IMG/VR virus record: IMGVR_UViG_3300043414_000665
Span: 1 to 31,446 of that record
Source: a virus
Taxonomy: Duplodnaviria; Caudoviricetes
Reading direction: 5' to 3' (one strand)
Length of the DNA stretch: 31,446 nt
Numbering within the stretch: position 1 is the first letter of the stretch; each line of letters starts with the position of its first letter. This document shows positions 27,601 to 31,446 of the stretch, piece after piece. The notes beneath the pieces were generated by a model. That model did no database searches. It was not told the origin of the DNA and was given only the letters and a program-made list of their open reading frames with translations. The position numbers and the translations under genes are program-made.

Positions 27601-30600
27601 AAGATCGTAGTATAATCTATCATTTACTGAAGCTGAACTTAGTATTTCAACATTTAAGTCAATTTTCGAATCGGATGATTTTATGGAAGATGATTTGCCA
27701 ATACCGTTTAGTATTTCTAAATTAGAAAAGTTTTTAAACCCAGATGTATGAGTTAAACTATTGACTGATTCTTTCCAAACATCATATTCAACTTCTCCTT
27801 TTATGGAATATGAAAATCTTTGATAATAATCACTATCTTGAATTCTTTGATTGTCAAAATTCAATTTTCCTTTATCTGTATTCCAATCTTTATCTTTTTT
27901 GACAGTTGAATTAACATTCAAATCAAAATCAAATGAATATGTAGAATCAATACTTGATTTGTAATTTCCTATAGATCCTTTTATTTGACCATCTTCATTA
28001 AATTTTCCATCAATATTAATAATTTTTAAAGTTTGTGCTTCTGAATCCCAACCATTTTTGGAAACATATGCGGTCGCATTGTTGCTTAATTGTGTTATCT
28101 TTTCTCCTTCTAGAAAATTAATTTTTTCAAATTCTGCATTAAACGTAGACAAATCATTTGCTTTTATGACTCTACCAAAAGTTTTTGTTGAATCAAACAA
28201 TCCACCAGTATTACCAAGACCAGAAATTGAATACTTAACATACTCTGAACCAGAAATTGTGTTAATTCCAGTGACTGTAAAATACTTATACCCATAATCA
28301 CTTGAATTATAACCATCAGATGAATCAGTTATTAATACGTTTTCTACAAAAATTTTATCTCCTTGATTGAATGGAAATTCAGTAAATCCTGAAAGTGGAG
28401 CTTTGAGATATAAAGTATTGATTTTGAAATTTGATGTTGCGTTAATAATACCAACTCCATTTGAATTATTGATTGGTAAAATTCTAATGTCATTTGACAA
28501 TCCACTATCATTTGAAATAATTTCTATTTTTGATACAGAACTTCCTTGTATAGAAGTTTTCGTTAAAACTGATGAGTTTCCAATAACAATAACATTTGGT
28601 GCAGAAGTATAATTTTTACCACCACTAGTAATTCCGATTGCTTTTAATTTATATACATTTTTTAATTTTAAAATAGTATATACATCTGCTTTTGGTTTTA
28701 ATGTTTTGTTATTTGAAAATTCAAGACCTTGATTTATAACTCTAACATCTTTTATATTTCCAATATCATTAGATTCAATTGAAAGGATACCATCAAATCC
28801 TTCAATTGATCTTATGGAAGATATTTGAGGTATTTTTTGTAAATTTAATCCAAAATTAATTGTTTTTATTGAAAATATTTTTCCTTTTGTATTTTGAGAA
28901 TCTGTAGAGTAATACGCAGTCGAAAAACCAGATGAAACATATGATGTTGTCTCTGCTGTTCCAACTAAAGTAAAATCAAATGAAGTTGTTCCAATTCCAG
29001 AAACAATGTGAGATCCATTGTATATTGATTGTTTTACTTCTATTAATGAATAATTTTCAACATCAGTATTTGTCGATGATGGATAAGTATCTGTGAATTT
29101 TATGTCTTTTCCTTCAATTCTATAAAAGAATTGATTTGCAATTGAATCACCAATAGAAATGTTTATTCTTGATGAAGGATTTGAATCTCCAATTGATCCA
29201 TATTTTCTTATTAAAGTTGAAGTGTATTCTGATTTAAATTCATTGTCATAATAAAATTTAATATCATATCCAGACAAGCTAGTATCCGATACTGCTATAG
29301 AAACATTATTTCCTCTGTAGAAAGTTAATTTTGGATTTATTAATGATAATTTGTGAGTTCCTGAACCATACGAAGAAATTCCAATGTATTCATAATCTAG
29401 TTTGGAAGCATTGTATAAGTTTGATGCTAGTTTAATGGAAGAATTTGATGTCTTTATGATATAGTAAATTCCATTATTCGTAAGAGGTGTAATTGGATTT
29501 GATGCAGTGTATACTACAATATCTCCAGTTTTATAGTTATGGTTATTAATTGTTATTGTAGAAATTGCAGTGCCAACGCCAACTTCTGTTGATGCGAATG
29601 TAACAGGATTGACGACTAATTTTTTTATAACATTATTGAATTTGAAATCAAAATATTGATTTGATTTTGGTAATATGTTTAAGTTTATATTATCCCCTTG
29701 CATCAAATCAATTGAATCATTAACAGTTACTGTAACATTTACTTTTTTGGAATTTCCTGTTACTTGATTTTTGATGGATTCAAACTTATGATTTAATCCT
29801 GTATATGAAACAAAATAAACAGAAGAAGTTGTAAATCCAACTTTTTCTGTAGAAACTCCAATATATTCATCACTAACTTTAACACAATATAGATTTTGGA
29901 AACTATTTAATTCAAATGTTGGAGTGAGAGAACTATTTTTTGATGCAATTATTGTAGAACCTATAGAAGTATAAGAAATTAAATCTCCAGTATTAAATTT
30001 ATGATTTGGGAGATATATTGATTTTGGTGGAATAGATTTTACAATATCATTATTTCCAGAAGTTGCTACGATGACACTAGTGTAACTAGATCCAATTCCA
30101 ACAGAAGTATTTGGGTTGAAATAATATGAATAATTTGTTTGAATATTTGATGATATTGGTGAATTGTTATTAAATGTAAATGATTTTGGTAACAACCGAA
30201 CTATACTTGTTGCTGTGTGTGCTGATCCAACTGTATTGTTGTATGCTCTTTGTACTCTGTATCTATTATTATAATTATCAAGATTTAAAATTAATAATTG
30301 TTCGGATTCGATCTGTATGATACTGTTGGGTGTGAAATTACCATTTGAAGATGGATCTGAAATTGAAATAAACGTGGTAATACCAGTAGTATTTGTATTT
30401 CCAATAGAAACAGATAATGATGCAACTATTGATGAAACACTAATTGTCTTTAAACCTTCTGTAGATTTATATAATGCCGATGAAATGCCAGAAATTTCAA
30501 TAATATCTCCATCTACAAAATTGTGAGGAACTGTGCTGAATGCAGTAACTTTTTTATCTAAAAATGAAAATACAAGATTGTTATTTGTAATTTCAGAAGA

Positions 30601-31446
30601 TGCAATTGATACAATATTTTTTCCTAAAACTTCCTTTACGCTGGAATTGACATTTGGTGCATTTGAAAATACTACATCATCTCCAACTTTATAATCAAAA
30701 CCACCATCTTTAATACTAATTGTAGAAATTCCAGATTTTTTTGTAAGAATTACTTTCAAATCAACATTAGAATTGAAATTATCATCAAAGAAAGGATATT
30801 TTTTATATTTCTCTGATATTCCCTGTGGTGTAATATTTCTTTTATATTCTCCCGTGTTTAAATATGAATCGGATTGAGTTTTCAATACATCATAATTAAA
30901 TAAATCAGTTGCATTATAATGCTTAAACGTTATGTATGGAAATACTGGTTTTTTATTTACATCCAAAGTTGAAAAATAAGCATATGTTCCATTTGGAAAA
31001 TCAGAATTAACAATATATCTTCCATTGTATTCATCAAGATCACCACTATTATCAAAATTATAATCTTCAATAAAATATCCACTTGGATATGATGGTCTTA
31101 AACTTGCATCAGAAATTGGAGTTAATTTATATCCAGATAAAATTCTTTTTAGACCACCAGTTCCAGAAGAATCGGCAATGCTTTTTGCATTTCCATATGG
31201 ACCATAGATTGGATTTCCATCATATGCCCAACCTATAATTGGTGAGTGCGAATTAAGTTCATCCAATTCTTCAAAAGTAGTTTGATCTAAATTATCATTT
31301 AAAATTTTGCGAATTTCTTTTGTTGCATAATATGAACCTATTTTATTTTCTTTAAATCTTGCTTCAGATGGAATTTGTAAAGTTCCTTTTGTGGTTGTGA
31401 TACCTAAAATATCTTCATATTTTTCTACTGCGTTTATTGACCATTT
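24682..31446 (-). CDS. g7: Giant baseplate wedge initiator gp7 (5'-truncated; at least 2254 aa within the window)
   Basis: The frame stays open from the TTG at 31266 to the window end (KWSINAVEKYEDILG...), so the true start is outside the window. Contains IQDSDYYQRFSYSIK...W...V..LTHTSGFKNF, the conserved gp7-type core, and lies directly upstream of g8. Confidence 0.85.
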   Translation of the reverse strand, partial: KWSINAVEKYEDILGITTTKGTLQIPSEARFKENKIGSYYATKEIRKILNDNLDQTTFEELDELNSHSPIIGWAYDGNPIYGPYGNAKSIADSSGTGGLKRILSGYKLTPISDASLRPSYPSGYFIEDYNFDNSGDLDEYNGRYIVNSDFPNGTYAYFSTLDVNKKPVFPYITFKHYNATDLFNYDVLKTQSDSYLNTGEYKRNITPQGISEKYKKYPFFDDNFNSNVDLKVILTKKSGISTISIKDGGFDYKVGDDVVFSNAPNVNSSVKEVLGKNIVSIASSEITNNNLVFSFLDKKVTAFSTVPHNFVDGDIIEISGISSALYKSTEGLKTISVSSIVASLSVSIGNTNTTGITTFISISDPSSNGNFTPNSIIQIESEQLLILNLDNYNNRYRVQRAYNNTVGSAHTATSIVRLLPKSFTFNNNSPISSNIQTNYSYYFNPNTSVGIGSSYTSVIVATSGNNDIVKSIPPKSIYLPNHKFNTGDLISYTSIGSTIIASKNSSLTPTFELNSFQNLYCVKVSDEYIGVSTEKVGFTTSSVYFVSYTGLNHKFESIKNQVTGNSKKVNVTVTVNDSIDLMQGDNINLNILPKSNQYFDFKFNNVIKKLVVNPVTFASTEVGVGTAISTITINNHNYKTGDIVVYTASNPITPLTNNGIYYIIKTSNSSIKLASNLYNASKLDYEYIGISSYGSGTHKLSLINPKLTFYRGNNVSIAVSDTSLSGYDIKFYYDNEFKSEYTSTLIRKYGSIGDSNPSSRINISIGDSIANQFFYRIEGKDIKFTDTYPSSTNTDVENYSLIEVKQSIYNGSHIVSGIGTTSFDFTLVGTAETTSYVSSGFSTAYYSTDSQNTKGKIFSIKTINFGLNLQKIPQISSIRSIEGFDGILSIESNDIGNIKDVRVINQGLEFSNNKTLKPKADVYTILKLKNVYKLKAIGITSGGKNYTSAPNVIVIGNSSVLTKTSIQGSSVSKIEIISNDSGLSNDIRILPINNSNGVGIINATSNFKINTLYLKAPLSGFTEFPFNQGDKIFVENVLITDSSDGYNSSDYGYKYFTVTGINTISGSEYVKYSISGLGNTGGLFDSTKTFGRVIKANDLSTFNAEFEKINFLEGEKITQLSNNATAYVSKNGWDSEAQTLKIINIDGKFNEDGQIKGSIGNYKSSIDSTYSFDFDLNVNSTVKKDKDWNTDKGKLNFDNQRIQDSDYYQRFSYSIKGEVEYDVWKESVNSLTHTSGFKNFSNLEILNGIGKSSSIKSSDSKIDLNVEILSSASVNDRLYYDLASEDTNNQSLSKIIKFDSKIITDYNESRTNKVLEIDDISSQFTGISTTLGGQIVGLTSFSLLNNGNTLLYKIFNSSGITTSSSLITISDHEFNTGEMLKYSSNGGTPIGIVTTTVVGVGTTTVLPSDVYAIKISKDTIKLAIGSSQASSGLAITFTSSGIGTQHSLSVESELATSRCLITIDNIIQSPLSRKSVSVGLSTQVGLTTTIIYLNNISKIQGKSLLKIDNEIIKVNLVGVGSTNSLNVDRSYMGSVASAHTVGSAVTVLSGDYRIKDGKIYFSDAPYGPTGIGSLTSKSSFTGRVFYRLNYDTNHIIDDISESFDSIQNKFDLKTNGTTLSGIQTSFGIVLVNNIFQKPFYGDVGSILESDYQIVGTGQTIIFTGSNYKDLPRGGVINEFDATNGSGYQSPYRASGYATVSVGGTIQSIGLSTGGSGYIVAPGVSIADTLGIGIGASIISSITNGIITSFTVVNPGSGYTTSSPPIVTIDEPYPYKNLSLTGGNGIGAKMNVVVGTGGSIISFDLQNRGYGYNIGDVLTLSGIPFRTGIGTSAFKITVKNKYQSKFSGWTFGQLLELDDFSNLFNSSRRSFLLTRTIVTKEYYSINAQNDSGIILKNNLLIFLNDVLQKPEKDYIFNGGTRITFQEAPKYGSKLKIYFYIGSSTDYLIIDVNESVKPGDRLRLQNQGNTSSQDERIIYELIASDSVETQTYGGVGIVTNSRFLRPVVWSKQSSDLIIDGVKISKQRDYLETQIFPSTNIIASVASTDSKIYVKNTYPLFSALDDLSQTLNDIVIVGLGTTAVTEKIKKVTYSGDCGIIVGIATSATGISTSSPMIIFDIKPDPNILGSVIRPGISTGDYFVIENTIIGYGVTSIKNDSTSVVSVGNSFIDNVYYASNIVSVGSSTLRVYSNVKSISGINTSTLPQLNSYGTYTWGSINISRNSNSKSFQFYNQNGTAGIETSAHVSRLLQLRLIY

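Noticed and set aside
4104-30526. Remaining plus-strand and alternative-frame ORFs (e.g. 5869-6204, 11005-11262, 18332-18649, 26012-26332)
   Set aside because: Fully nested in well-supported minus-strand genes, with no recognisable motifs; expected from codon bias.
31264-31266. TTG start proposed for the 2194-aa ORF
   Set aside because: The frame remains open to the window end; the gene starts outside the window.
1-31446. tRNA/ncRNA genes, CRISPR arrays, stop-codon reassignment, programmed frameshifts
   Set aside because: Intergenic gaps are all under about 65 nt, no spaced DNA repeats were seen, and all core genes are full length in the standard code.

Overview
An AT-rich, gene-dense segment of a T4-like (Kyanoviridae-type, cyanophage-like) myovirus genome. 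It holds the late virion-structure and packaging module, all on the minus strand. In transcription order (right to left): giant baseplate wedge initiator gp7 (5'-truncated by the window edge), gp8, a VrlC/DUF4815-type 2426-aa protein, a small coiled-coil ORF, neck gp13 and gp14, gp15, small terminase gp16, a 393-aa modular ORF, a 62-aa ORF, large terminase gp17, sheath gp18, tube gp19, portal gp20, a gp67-like core protein, a 173-aa beta-rich ORF, protease gp21, scaffold gp22, and major capsid gp23 (missing from the ORF track because it runs off the window). T4-type late promoter motifs (TATAAATA/CTAAATA) lie in most intergenic gaps. I saw no RNA genes, introns, inteins, homing endonucleases or CRISPR arrays. 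The most interesting points are: (1) a two-gene insert between gp16 and gp17, made of a probable capsid-targeted, protease-processed multi-module protein and a small protein resembling NblA; (2) a short G-[IVLF]-[GSTA]-[TS] motif that recurs across unrelated external virion proteins; (3) small beta modules shared among neck, sheath and baseplate proteins. All family assignments come from recognising motifs and synteny by eye, not from database searches.
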